From: Dimorphilus gyrociliatus
Taxonomy: Eukaryota; Animalia; Annelida
Length of the DNA: 64,000 bases
Direction: 5' to 3'
NCBI GenBank assembly: GCA_904063045.1
Contig: CAJFCJ010000012.1
Location: forward strand, 2,046,001 to 2,110,000
In this document: in pieces, positions 24,441 through 37,950 of the stretch
Layout of the letters: every line of letters begins with the position of its first letter
Numbering within the stretch: the first letter of the stretch is position 1
Notes under the pieces: model-generated
What the model was told of the DNA's origin: nothing
The model's input: the letters and a program-made list of their open reading frames with translations, nothing else
Database searches by the model: none
Program-made: the position numbers and the translations under genes

Positions 24441-24876
24441 CGCATTGTTATTTACCTAATGGATTATTAAAAAGTAAATAGATAATTAATTATCATATTT
24501 AAAGAAGAAATGACAAATTGAAAAAAACTCTTATATAACATTTAATTTTCCATCTTTTTCAATAGTTTTCCGAAATAGGTTTGTCAAGTTTTTTTCATTC
24601 TCCATTTTTTAGTTTGTCTAGAAATAAAGGATGACAAATTTATTTAGAAGATGTTAAAAAGATGTTAATTAAAATTATTAATAATGTTATTCGAAAATTT
24701 AAGTGTTATTGATGCCGCAGATTTTTTTCATTTATTCAAATTTAATAATAATAACAATATTATATTTATGAAATTAGTTATTTAATGACTAATTCATATA
24801 TACAAAACAAAATAACCTAAATTGCCGGTGAAATTTTTAACTGTTTATATTTTTTTGACGAGAAAAAATTTGCATA

Positions 24877-26630
24877 TTAGTTTTTTTGTTGAGCTCTCTT
24901 TTCTTTAACGCGCTCAGCTAGATATTTGACTCTTGAGATACACTGATCCTTCGTTTTGCCTGGAATTTGCTCCGATATCTGCTCCCATCGGTTTTTAACC
25001 GTTTTAGGATAATTTGCTAATGCCCATTCTAATATCTTTTGTTGATTCTGTGTCCAAACATCTTCATCGCAAATATACTTTTCCTTTGAATATCGTTGAT
25101 CTTCATTTATTTCCTTATCCCTAACTGTAATATCATCAGTAGCAACAGCTCGCCTTTTTTTCACAATAACTTCATTTGACGTTAAGGCTGTTGATTGTAA
25201 AACAATTTTTATTATAAGGAATGAAGAAACTATTGGTCAAAAAGTTTTATTTACCTTCAGTTGAGACTCCTTGTTTAACTTTTTTAGCCATGGAGGATAC
25301 ATCATCAACAGATCTTTTTAGGAAATAGGCAATTTTCTCCCACCTATCGAGAGTTCCACCGGGGAATTTTTTCATTGCTTTGGCTAATTGAGATATTTCA
25401 TGACTATTCCAAGGAAGAGAAGAACCCGATGTTTCGTGTTTCGGCTCCTTCTCTTCGTCCGTAGTATTTAATTGAACGTATGAAAAAGGTTCTGCTCTAT
25501 ATTCATTGGAGAAATCACGCTTCAAAAGTTGCTCCATTGCCTCAGCTTTAGCCTTTTTGCTCGCTTTTCTCCTCTCTATATTTAGATATTAAATAAATAA
25601 AACAAAGCATAAACTTCATATGGATTATAAACCTATTTTTTTAAGTTCTTCTTCCTCTAATCTTTTCTGCTCTTCGATTCTTAATAGCTCTTGCTCCTTT
25701 AGTTGGCGCCTCCGGGCCATAGCTTCATTATAAACGCCTGGTAAACTCAAAAGAAAAGAGTATAAACCAATGCAGATTGCAATTGGTAGCAAGTTAATTA
25801 ATGTTGGTTTTTCAACACTCTTTTCAATGTCTTCTGTTAGTTTTTCTTCTGATTCTTCTTGTTCAGCTTCAATTTCAGCTTTCGTTTTCTTTTTTTTATC
25901 TCGTTTAATCTTTTTTGGTTTAGTGATTTCTTGCTAAAGAAAAGATAAGGGAGAATCATGATAGCTTTCCTTTAAAATAAATGAATAAAAGTATTTTCTT
26001 GAGTTTCATACCATAACGAACTTTTTTTCGCAATAACTTGTCCATAAGAATATATAATGTCCAGCAGTTGTCATTAATGATAGAATTATTAATATTTCGC
26101 CTAAGCCCATTTTTTTAACTTTTCTATAATAATACAAGGGTTGTCTCCAATCTGGTAAACCATTGTCCAAAACATTATCGTACCTATGAATAATAAATTA
26201 CAATAATTAATAAAAGTATATATATATATATATTTGTATATTATAATTACACTTGTCTCTTTTCAGAATCCTTTAAAATTTCATAAACAGCATTTATTTG
26301 ACGGAATTTTACTTCGGCATCTTCCTCTTTTGATTTATCCGGATGCATTGTTAATGATAATTTTCTATAAGCTTTACGAATTTCTGATAAGGAAGCATCC
26401 TTCAAGAATTATTAAGGAACGTCAAATTTTCACACTTTGTTATTGTAAACGAAAAGAAGGAGAAAGAGAAATCCTACCCTATTTATACCGAATAATTGGT
26501 AAAAATTTGTATTTAGTTCTTCGACAACGTCGTATATTTCCATATCCTGTGTATTCCATCCCGATACTACTCCCCAACTGATGATAAATAAGAAAAAGAG
26601 CTTTAAATAGTGATTTTCCAGATTCGCCAT
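24877..26630 (-). CDS. DNAJC1: DnaJ homolog subfamily C member 1 (ERdj1/MTJ1)
   Basis: Signal peptide MANLENHYLKLFFLFIISWGVVSG, WNTQDMEIYDVVEE, J domain with HPD, TM segment, two SANT/Myb domains (WNSHEISQLAKAMKKFPGGTLDRWEKIA; WTQNQQKILEWALANYPK..RWEQIS). Confidence 0.93.
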
Positions 26631-27129
26631 GTGAGCAACCGGATCTGGAAATGCGTTCTTTTCCCCTTCCCTGTTCCAAATCACTTTTTAAATATCATAA
26701 ATCGTACATGTTCAGTGAACCAGTTTACAAGTGGGAAATGGTGTAAATACAAATCTGAATTTTCATTTTTTACTCTCTTATTTCTTGTTTGACTTGTTTT
26801 TCATTAATACTTTAGTAGTCATGAAATAATGGCGATGATTTGCATCTTTAACACAAAGTACCTAAAAGAAAATGATATATCTATAAACTAAAATAGTATT
26901 AAAGCCGATTAAATAATTTTTAAAAGAAAACAATATATACTATTCATAAGGGCTGTTATAAATCCTGTTTAAGCCTTTTTATTGTAAAACCTTTTAGAAT
27001 AAGATATTATTTAGAGAGAGATAATCATCCGTAATCCCCCTTGTAATTATGCCATCTATCGGATTATTTTATAATATCGAAAATAGAAAATACTTTATTT
27101 TATATTAAAGTCCCTGTTTCTAATAAACT

Positions 27130-30100
27130 ATGGGCGCCGCTAATGGAAAGCAAACAACCGACGATTTTCAATTAGTAGTACAATCAGATGAGATTGTTTG
27201 TATTCTGATTATATTAGACAAAAAATTGTATTAATCATTCTTATTTTATAAAGGACATAGCGACTTCAACAACTACTCGAAAGGAGAAGTTATTCTTTAA
27301 AGAAAACTATGGAAAAGTTGATGAAATTTCTAAGAGAATAGCAAAAAATTTCAATATTTATCAACACAGATCTAGATTAAATATAATAGAGGAGATTAAA
27401 GAAAAATGTATAGACGATATCGGATTAATACGTGGATTATTTATGCTATTAGCATCATTTGATTTTACTATTGTTCATAAAAATGAGGAAGTATTCGACG
27501 AAGATAGCTTTGGACGTTTAATACTTAATATTCATTATAATTTTCTTAATTTTGCGCATGGATTCCATCTTCTTTATAGGTAAGTTTAGGCCTATTAAAT
27601 TTGCAGTTGGATAATTGATATTTCGTATTATTTCATTTCTATTTTTATATATATATATGAAGTGAAGCTAAGCATTTATTCGAAAATCGTATAAAGTGTA
27701 AAATCATTTCGGGTATTACTAAAAATAAAAAATATCAACTGGGTAAACCACTTATCGATGCTGAATTGTCTACTCAATGGAATGCTGTATTAATACCCAC
27801 CGTTAATGATGAGATGGAATGGTTTTTTATAGATATTGAATGGGCTTCCATTAAAAACGTAATAAAAGATTTCGATTATTTTATGACATTGATATAAACA
27901 CTTTCAAAACTATACAGACTAAGAAAGAGGTAGTTAATGAATATTTCTTTCTTACCAACCCTGATTGTTTAATTAGTACTCACTTTCCTTTTGAATATCA
28001 ATGGCAACTTCTTCAACATGTAGTTCCAAGGGAAACGTTTCAGAATTATCTTTATATTAGAGAAAGATTCTACGATCTCGGTTTAAAAATAAAAGAAGGA
28101 GATGGATATCATAGAAATTGCGTATTGAAATCAAAAAATGGAAGAATAGTAGTAAAACTTGGTCTTCCTAAATACGGGAAATTTATTTATACAAGTTGTA
28201 AGATTTTTAAACTACCAACTTTCGATTCTTCGTCATGCATCCTAAGTAATTTTGATTACTGTTTATTAATATTGATTATATCAATTGTTGGATACTCTAT
28301 TAATAGGTCAAGAAAGAGATGGCGATACTATTAACATAACTATAGCATTTATTGCTAAATCAGCTCATCCCTATCGTCTAGATATCTATGGTTTAGATTT
28401 TAGAAGACATTCGAATTATGAATTATGCTGTAGTTATCTGCTATTTGGGGAAAATATAGATAAAAATCAACTTGACTGGCCGGATAATCCTGACATTGGT
28501 TATGGATTTCGTTTAGAGAGTAGAGCATTAGGCCTAATCCCCGAGAAGAATTATTTCTCTGAAATAAAAACAAATAATAAAGTGTTAATGAAATTTTCAA
28601 TGCACGAAGTAATTCATACTTTAGTACAACTAAGACATAGGTAAATATTAATAATAACAATAATAACAACAATAATAACTAATCATTTTAAAATATCAAT
28701 GAAAACAGGCAATATAAACCTCACGAACTATCTAGATTCATATTAGCTCTAGAATGGAAGGGAAGATTAGAAATTGCATTTAGATTACCCGAAAAGGGTA
28801 CTTATGCTCTAAAAGTCTATGGCTATGAAAAGGAAGACACGCTGTTAAATTTAGAAGATTCCAATATGACTGAAAAGAGAAAGAAGGAATTAATCAATAT
28901 ACCTAACATATTAAACTATAGATTGCTAGTAGACGAAAATTCGCCATTTAGTATATCAGAATTCCCAAAAGTATACAATTCGCAGGCTGGAGAAGGTCTT
29001 TATTCTGAATATTTTAAAGTTTTACCAACTGAATGGGTAGCTAATTTTATACAAACTCGTCATAAAGAATCACTTGAATTATCATTTTCACATATAAAAG
29101 ATTGCGAACTTTTCGCCGAATTTCACAATATTAATATAGCATCTACAGAATTAATTAATATAGTCGTTAAAATTCACGAAGCAGATGATCTAACGAAATT
29201 CGTATTCAATCCAAAAAAAAATGGAGAATACGCATTCAATTTGTTTGCTTGTGATAAAACTTCTAAAGATAGGGTATTACATCATGTATATTCAAAACTT
29301 ATACTTGTTTCGGATGAGAGGAGGATAAGTGTTAACGATTTTGAATCTTTAATTAATTCACGACACGAAGAGCTATTTGATTATATGGAAGATACAAGAT
29401 CGGATACCATCGCTTTGGATTGTGATAAAGCATTATTAATTTCACTTCAAAGAGAATGCACCTTTCATTTATGGACTGATGATAAAGTAAAATTTACCGA
29501 AAATCAAGTTTTAATCAGTCTTCCTTTAGCTGGAAATTATCGGATATCTTTCTATGAAATTTACAAGAATATTATTATCTGTAGAAAAACAATTTATGTA
29601 ACAAAAATTAAGGCCCGAGTAAGTAAAGTTCTAATGAATTGTACTAATTCTCCTTCTTTTTTAATTAATCTAGTTAGTTATCATTTTATATATTTACAGA
29701 TATCGCAATCGGAGGAGACAAGGTTAATGAATGGTAAGTATAATAGGGGAGGATATAGAAGATAGATGGGAAATTTAATAGTCTAAAATTACGAAATTTA
29801 TTTCGAAAACAGAGTCGAAAGATTCTTGGAAAATGGAGATGAGGAAAGCTCTAACATCAAGAAATAAGGATAAATTAGTTGAATGTATTAGAAGTCATAA
29901 ATTATCGAATCCCGAATGGAGTGACCTATACTTTATGGGGAAAAAATTATTAAATAAATTAGAGAATATTGAAATTTTTAAACAGAAATTATTAGATCTT
30001 GACGAAACTTCTATAGAAGATATAAGGAACATTCGTTCATTCGAAGATGAAAATCAATTTAAACTAATCTATAGTTGCTGTACAGGTTTACTCCTTCTTC

Positions 30101-30562
30101 TTGGATATAAACCTAAAAACTTACAGGTAGAACGTTTCTTTACGCTTCCTATCTATGTCTAAAAGGATGACTATACCTTCTTATCATCCCTTTTTTCTTT
30201 TTTATTAAAGACGTGGGAAGAAATTGGTAATTATCTGGAGTGGAACATCCTTAGTAAAAAGATTGAATTATTAGATAAAAGAGATATAAATGCTGAATTA
30301 GCGGCCAGAATTCTAAAAATAATATTAAATGATAATTATAACGTTGATAAAACTCTAATAGATTTTCATAATATGGTAATAAATGCTACAGAAAATCAGC
30401 GAATGTATGAAACTGTCGAATCAATACTCAATTGGGTAAGCATCAAGTAAAATAGATAGATCATTACTAATTGACAACATTAAATTATATCAAAAATATC
30501 TCCAAATATAGGTTTTGCTACTGACTGAAGAAGTCCTAGAAAATTACAAGTATTCACCGTAA
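27130..30562 (+). CDS. Hillarin/kyphoscoliosis-peptidase-like protein with a degenerate transglutaminase-like domain
   Basis: Manual splicing gives CKIISGITKNKKYQLG...QWNAVLI...WFFIDIEW...NEYFFLTNPDCLISTHFP and a C-terminal LLDLDETSIEDIRNI...GLLLLLGYKPKNLQTWEEI hillarin-type domain. Stop at 30562. Confidence 0.72.
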
Positions 30563-31114
30563 TCTATCTTCATCAAAGGTCTAAAATGATCCTTTAAAGT
30601 AGAACAAAATACAAATTAAAGGAACAATTCGGAATTGTTCTATTATAGAACATTTTAATCATTGTTACTTTGATAAAAATAAATTAAAGCGTTATTTGTT
30701 CGTTAATTTATTATTACTAATTTCCGTGTTTTTTAAATTAATTTAAAGGAGAAACTTTGATACTATTATCGCTTTTAGTTCTTAGTTTATGTTATGTGTT
30801 AAGTAGTCGGATGTCCTAGCTTCTGACTTTGGCGCCAGAAAATTGTCACCCCCGTTTTCTTTGAAAGTCTCTAAATTTTTATTGATACATTTATATAAAA
30901 TTATTTTTATATTTACAAATTTATTACATTGAATGCAAAAGGTAGCGAAATAGTTAAAGCAATAATTATCATCTAAAGTGATTTGCCTATATCGGATAGT
31001 TGAGTTGCAGAATTTTTCGCACTGGGCGATAATAAGCGAAAATAAATAGGTATGTGAACTTTATACTGTAAAGTGACCTAGTCAGATATATAAATCAAAT
31101 TTGATTTCCAGGAT

Positions 31115-34100
31115 ATGTTTAGGATGTTGAATAGCGTTTCCAGACTGAATATATTATCAAAACACATCAACGGGAACTTCTCAGTAAGGTTGAATAGTAA
31201 GAATGTATCATCAGAGAAATCCAAATATAAGGCAGTCATCTTCGACATGGGTGGCGTTCTTATTCCATCTCCAGTCGGATTATTCAAAAGTGAATTTGTT
31301 TATAATATATGAATCATAGTTTATAAGTTTTTCAACTTTTTATTTTACAGGCGTTGAAAGCCAACTAAACATTCCATCTCAAACTTTTCTAAAAGCTATT
31401 ATTAACGGAGGAGATGGTGGAGCATGGGCCAAATTCGAAAGAGGTGAAATTCTTCCCGAAGAGTTTACCGAACTATTTTCAAAAGAATGTTCAAAAGTGG
31501 TAATAAATGAATAATAAAATAGAAATAAATGAGGAAAATTCAAGAGATAGTATTAAACCGCTTTCTTTCTTATATTAGTCAGGAGAAAAGGTTAATGTCT
31601 CTCAGCTGGTAGACTTATTGACAAGTGAAGCGAACAACTATCCCATATTTCCCGAAATGAAAGACGCTATCGAATGCCTAAGAGCGGAAGGAATAAAAAC
31701 AGCTCTCCTTACTAACAACTACCTAAGTAGCCCTGCAACATCGTATTGTCCAATTGACAAATCACTTTTCGATGTGGTATGTATATATAGAATGTTCAAA
31801 GGAATCTCTCTAAAAATAATCGTCTTGGCAACAAAATTAGCAAGTCATATATCCAATGTATTCAGGTTGTGGAATCTTGCGTTGTGAAAATGAGAAAACC
31901 TGATCCAAACATATATAAATATACTCTAGATCAACTAGAAGTTGAAAGCAATCAGACTATATTTCTAGATGATTTGGGTATGAACTTGAAATCTGCGAAA
32001 TCTTTAGGAATAAAGACCTTAAGGGTAATGAATTGTCTATATTTGCTATTCCTATATGAATATTCTAATATGTATTATATTTTCTTTGTTTAGGTGGAAG
32101 AAGATAAATCAACAGTTTTGAAACAACTGGAAACGGAAGTTGGATTTCCAGTTCAAGGCTACGTAGCAGGAACAACATCAGTTCCAGAGAGATTAAAATT
32201 GCCAGAAAAGAAACTAAGAAGCTACTTAAATTGGGTTTTGAAAATACACTCGAAAGGTGACGAAGGTTTGAAGAAGTTTCATAACAGCTTCCTGATTAAT
32301 CTGTTTTATATGTTTATATATAAATTATAAAATTATTATTAAAATCTTTTAATTCTTACTGTTTAATTTATAGAGATGCCAATTGTTCGTTGCTTCGCTC
32401 ATGGACAATCGAATCCTACTTATTTTATAAGATACGCTAATAAGGATCTTGTTTTAAGAAAGAAGCCGGTAATTTGTAATAATAGACTCTATTTCTTATA
32501 CTTATCAAAAAGAATCTTTCTCTTTATTTAGCCAGGTAAAATATTACCATCTGCTCATGCCGTTGAACGTGAATATAGAATAATGAAGGCATTGAGAGAG
32601 CAAGGAATTCCCGTCCCAAAAGTATTACATTTAATGGAAGATACGGAGCTATTAGGTTTATAGATGGATATATATTTACTTTATAAAATAAATAGAAACT
32701 GTTTAAATAGGTACACCCTTCTACGTAATGGAGCACGTTCCAGGAAGGGTCTTTAAGGACGTTCTACTTAAAGACCATAGTCGAGAAGACAGACAGAAAA
32801 TTTATGAGGCCATGAATGACGTTTTATGTAAAATACATAATGTTAATATTGACGATGCTGGTCTTGGAGATTATGGAAAAAGAGGAGGTTACATTAAACG
32901 CAACTTTAATCGTTGGGTTAAACAATTTGAGGCTGCAAAGACTCAGGAAATTCCTGCATTTGATAAACTATCAAAGTGGCTAAGTGAGAGAATGCCATTA
33001 AACGAAGACTGTTGTGTTGTTCATGGAGACTTCAGATTGGATAATCTTATATTCCATCCTACCAAATTAGAGGTTGTGGCTGTTATCGATTGGGAATTGT
33101 CAACTTTAGGAGATCCTCTAACTGATTTAGCAACCAATTGCACTCCTTACGTCTTTCCTAGGAATACACCTGATCTTGCAGGTAAAAACTAGCTAAAATC
33201 TCTATTTATAAATACATTCATTCGCCTTTGAAAAAAAAAATAATAAATTAATTATTATTTAATTAACTCTAGGTTTTGGTGATTTGGACTTTGAGAGTCA
33301 TGGAATCCCAAGAATAGAAGACTACGTACAAAGCTATACAAAGAAGAGAAATATAAAAGATATAGATAATTGGGATTTTTATATGGCATTCTGTTTATTC
33401 AGATTTACATCTATCACTCAAGGAGTATATAAAAGAGCTATCAGCGGTAAGGATAATTAAAATTTGGGATAAATGAAAAGTAAGAGGTAGCATATCAAAA
33501 GTGGTAGGATAAAGGCTACTGACTCCGATCAAGTTGCGCAGGCGAATACAAATCTTTCAGCCTAATAATTAGATATATACCGAAATATAATAATGTAAAT
33601 GTATACATTAGCGCCATCTCTAAGTTAGTATAGAATACAATTTATCAATGGCCTAGTTAAAATTAAAAAAGGTCCCGTCCCATTTTTTAACTCGTGTGTT
33701 TATTGTTTGAAGGACAAGCCAGCTCACCGAATGCTGAAAAACTTGGATTATTTACTGAAATTTTGGCAGAATTAGCTTGGTACATAGCATCTAATAGTAA
33801 ATTACAACCTACCGCAATGGCAAAGAACTCTAAGCAGTTATCCGAATCCGAATTCGCTGAATTGTCCAAATTCGTTGATACAGGATCAGCAAACAGAGAT
33901 ATTCTTGGTAATCTTTATTATTATCATATATGATATATATACTTGTACAGAATATACTGTATACTAAAATATATATATATTTAAGTATGATACTCATAGC
34001 ATTCTTTGGTTTTTATGCGTTATTTAGGCTCTTTTCCCTTATCTCCTGCTGCTTTGAGACCTGAAGTCCAAGATTATCACAAAAGAGTTCGAAAATTTAT

Positions 34101-35502
34101 CAAAGAACATGTCATTCCATTTGAACAAGACTTTATGGCATATCATTCTCAACCAGAGACGCAATGGACCATACATCCTCGAATGGAGGAGTTAAAAAGC
34201 ATGGCCAAAGCTGAAGGACTTTGGAATTTGTTTCTACCAGTTGAGAGCGACCCTGAAAAGAAGTACGGAGCTGGATTGACAAATGTTGAATATGCTTTCC
34301 TGTGCGAGGAAATGGGTAAAAGCCCTTTGGCTCCGGAAGTTTTCAACTGCTCCGCACCTGACACTGGAAATATGGAAGTACTTATACGATATGGATCAGA
34401 ACAACAGAAGGAAAAATGGCTAAAACCTTTATTAGAGGGAAAGATAAGATCATGCTTTGGTATGACAGAACCAAAAGTTGCTTCTTCTGACGCAACTAAT
34501 ATACAAAGTTCCATAAGACGAGAAAAAGACTGCTATGTAATAAACGGCAGGAAATGGTGGACGTCTGGTGCCATGGATCCAAGATGTAAAGTATGTGTTT
34601 TTATGGGTAAGACTGATACGAGTGTCTCACGACACAAACAACAAAGTATGATACTTGTACCGATGGACGCGCCTGGTGTGAAAATTATAAGACCTCTGTC
34701 AGTGTTCGGTACAACAGACCCTCCACGTAAGTAGGCTCTTTTTATAGAAAGAGTAATGTAAGAAGACATCAATATTTTCTCTTCCCCTTAGATGGTCATG
34801 CTGAAATGGAGTTTGTAAACGTTCGTGTACCGCTTGAAAATATGCTTCTTGGTGAGGGAAGAGGATTCGAAATTGCTCAAGGAAGACTTGGTCCAGGCAG
34901 AATTCACCACTGTATGAGACTAATTGGGGCTTGCGAAAGAAGTTTAGAAATGATGATCGATAGAGTAAGTCTCATTTATCTATTACGTCACAACCCATTT
35001 TAACTACGAAATAAATCTTTATTCGATAGGTTCAAAAAAGAGTAACATTTGGTAAGCCTATCGCTGCTCACGGCACCGTACAAGCCGATATTGCAAACAG
35101 TCGTATAGAAATCGAACAGTGTCGATTACTAACACTCAAGGCTGCTCATATGATGGACACCGTCGGCAACAAGGTAATAAACTTTGTTTTTGTTTTATTA
35201 TACCTTTAAAGATATACTGTATATATATATATATTGTATACCGTATATATATTGTTTTTTATTATTAATAGGTTGCCGCACCAGAAATTGCCATGATTAA
35301 GATAGCTGCACCAAACATGGCCCAGGTTGTTATTGATAGAGCTATCCAAGCATTTGGTGGAGCAGGATTTAACTACGATACACCATTGCCAGCATTCTTC
35401 GCCTGGGCTAGAGTTCTTCGAGTAGCAGATGGACCAGACGAAGTTCATAGGAGATCACTTGCCAAGATGGAAATTAGAAGATCGAATTTATCTAAACTGT
35501 GA
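31115..35502 (+). CDS. ACAD10: Acyl-CoA dehydrogenase family member 10 (HAD + APH phosphotransferase + ACAD)
   Basis: HAD motif AVIFDMGGV and RKPDPNIY; [11 protein letters not shown] and [10 protein letters not shown]; [44 protein letters not shown]. Confidence 0.95.
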
Positions 35503-36019
35503 TAAATTATTTAATCATTGAAAAGAATAATTATAATAATTTCTATGTTAGTTTTCCTTTTTTTCCCGCATTTGTTAAACTTTTAAAAAACAATTAATTA
35601 TTGATTTCTTGGCGGGAAAACATTAAAGATGATGATCAAAAATTGGACGAGGTCATAAATTTCTATCTAATTAAAAAAAAAAACAATTTCAATGGAAAGA
35701 AAAATCCAATAATAAACAAAATTTAGAAAGTAAAGCATAATTATTATTTTCTTTTTCATTGTTTTTTTAAAAAAAAAATAAATAAATAAAAATAATTCTG
35801 AATAAAAGAAATGATGAGATAAACCTGCTTTTTGCGTTGTTTTTTAAAATCCTATTCATATATTTAAAAAATAAAAAAAGAAAAAGAAGAAAATATAAAT
35901 GTTTTATATGAATTTTGTTGTTTTTGTTTGTTTCTTTAATTATAGCCGTATTCTAGGAATCTAATAGCCTTCTCTTATTCTGTTTATATCTTCTGTTACT
36001 AGCATCCTTATTCTTCTGA

Positions 36020-37181
36020 TTATTCATAATATAAATCTTCATTTGTTTGAAAATAATACTAAATTAAATCTACGCGGTTAATGAAGTTTATAATAATATT
36101 TTTACTAACAACTATAGCAATTTCCATTAATATTAAGGTTATTATATGGATATAACTAGCTGATTCCATGACATATAAAGTGGCAAGAACTCCTGAGGCG
36201 GTTTCGTAGAGAACTTTTCCGACTAACCTCATGCCGTTGGCCATCATTGCTGTCACCCACGCGGCTGTTGTTACACCTGTCAAGCTAAGCAGTAGAACTT
36301 TTTGCTGGAAAAAGGTATAAAAAACAAAAAAAACAAGTAGTAATAGTAATAGTAATAGCAATAGTGGCAGTAGTAGTAAACTACTAAATAAATTGGATAA
36401 AAAAAATATAGCAGACCATAATTACAAAACGAGATGGATTCTCTCTCAACTCTACAGTTGCGTAGAATAGCATGGAAACACCAATGAGAAGTATAGGTTC
36501 CCATAGAAATATATATGTGGAAAATAGTCTTCGATACGATTTAATATTTTCACAATCATATTTGCTCATCAATAACGACCTAGTTACGTTATCGACTTTC
36601 TTCTCTTTCTCGCATCTAGCTTTCCACTTGTCTTCATTATGATTTGATTTGATTAAAAGTGCCGTACCGATAATTAGCATAATTATTGCCATAGCCATCA
36701 AAATACTACAAACAACCTTCTTTCTGTCGTATAAGTAGTGTTCGTTAATTTCTGTTAATGAAGTCGGTTCATCTTCTTGATCATCTTCGTAATTTTGATA
36801 ATTGATCGACTGTTTGCAAAGTCTACTAACGACAACTGGAGTCTTAAAATTAGCAGATGCATTACTTAACCCGTTTGCTATCTGTTGTTGATGGTTTATA
36901 CGTGGTTGAAGACCTTCAGTAGGTCTAAAAGCCGGAACGGGTACAGCCCATTTAGTAGGGCCCTGTGCATTTTTCGGAGGTGTCATTGAGTGACTTTGAT
37001 GGGACAAGGTCCTAGTGTTGGCGGGAGCGAATATCTCTTAATTTTAATTAGAAATACTAGTTTTAAAAAAAGAAGAGGAGAAGAAGAACTTACGAGCTTC
37101 AAATTCCTCGTCCATGTCTATTACTTTGATCACCTCCGATAATTTATTCTCCACTGTTTCCGAATTATTCTGGGTAGCCAT
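36020..37181 (-). CDS. Uncharacterised multi-pass (about 4 TM) membrane protein
   Basis: Exons from ATG 37181 (MATQNNSE) through the 36384-37007 and 36059-36361 ORF segments join in frame. Long disordered N-terminus, then about four hydrophobic segments. Last exon uncertain. Confidence 0.7.
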
Positions 37182-37486
37182 TTTCTTGCTAAATATTCCG
37201 TTAATTACCAATATTATAAGATAAAGTATGTATAGTGCATATATATACAATATGTATAGTATATATATATACTGTATATATATGTATATATGATATATAT
37301 ATGCTATACATAAATATATATATATACAAGTGTTTATGTATGTATATGTGTTTTATATCAAAATAATAATCATTGTTTTTATTACTGTTTATGATTTTTT
37401 AAAAAAATAAAGTAATAACTTTGTTTTTTTAAAAAAAAAATACAAAGATTAAAATAGTATGATATTAATTATCTTCTTTCGGAATG

Positions 37487-37513
37487 GAGAGACAGAGAGA
37501 GAGAGAGAGAGAG
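37487..37513. repeat. (GA)n microsatellite
   Basis: Direct inspection. Confidence 0.9.
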
Positions 37514-37796
37514 GGTGTCGACGACGTACAAAGGACTTATATATTATCAATAGCAGAATGGAGAAGCTAGCTATTCTATATTTAATTATATAAATGATTT
37601 ATGAGTGATAAATTTTAGCACCTTTGACTTCTTTCATTCATTAACCAGACAAGGGGATGGAACGGTTTAGAAGAAGGATGGAATGGTTGGTAAGTTAATC
37701 TTGTATCTTTCCATTAAATTGATAGTATTTAATTTTAATATAATCCATTCTTGTACTGTCTTTATAGCTGTTGAATTGAATGATTGAGTGATGGAT

Positions 37797-37843
37797 AGAG
37801 AGGAGGAGAGAGAGAGAGAGGGAGGGAGGGAGGGAAAGAGAGA
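37797..37843. repeat. GA/GGGA purine-rich tract
   Basis: Direct inspection. Confidence 0.85.
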
Positions 37844-37950
37844 TGGGTATATAAATAGTTCTTTCCTTATAATAAAAGTATCATTTGTCCTACTACTACT
37901 GGGATATCTTATATATATATAATAAATCTTATTATTAATTAAACTTTTAT

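Noticed and set aside
33447-33710. Enlarged ACAD10 intron with hairpin-like patches and an ACA triplet (H/ACA snoRNA?)
   Set aside because: No ANANNA hinge box between the putative hairpins; trial alternative exons hit stops.
35561-35620. 9-bp inverted repeat TTTTCCCGC...GCGGGAAAA after ACAD10
   Set aside because: Arms do not extend and there is no target-site duplication; too short for a MITE or pre-miRNA.
37620-37800. Plus-strand GTAAGT donor and acceptor pair with a tiny ORF (MERFRRRMEWL)
   Set aside because: The frame stops within three codons after splicing; cannot be supported without RNA data.
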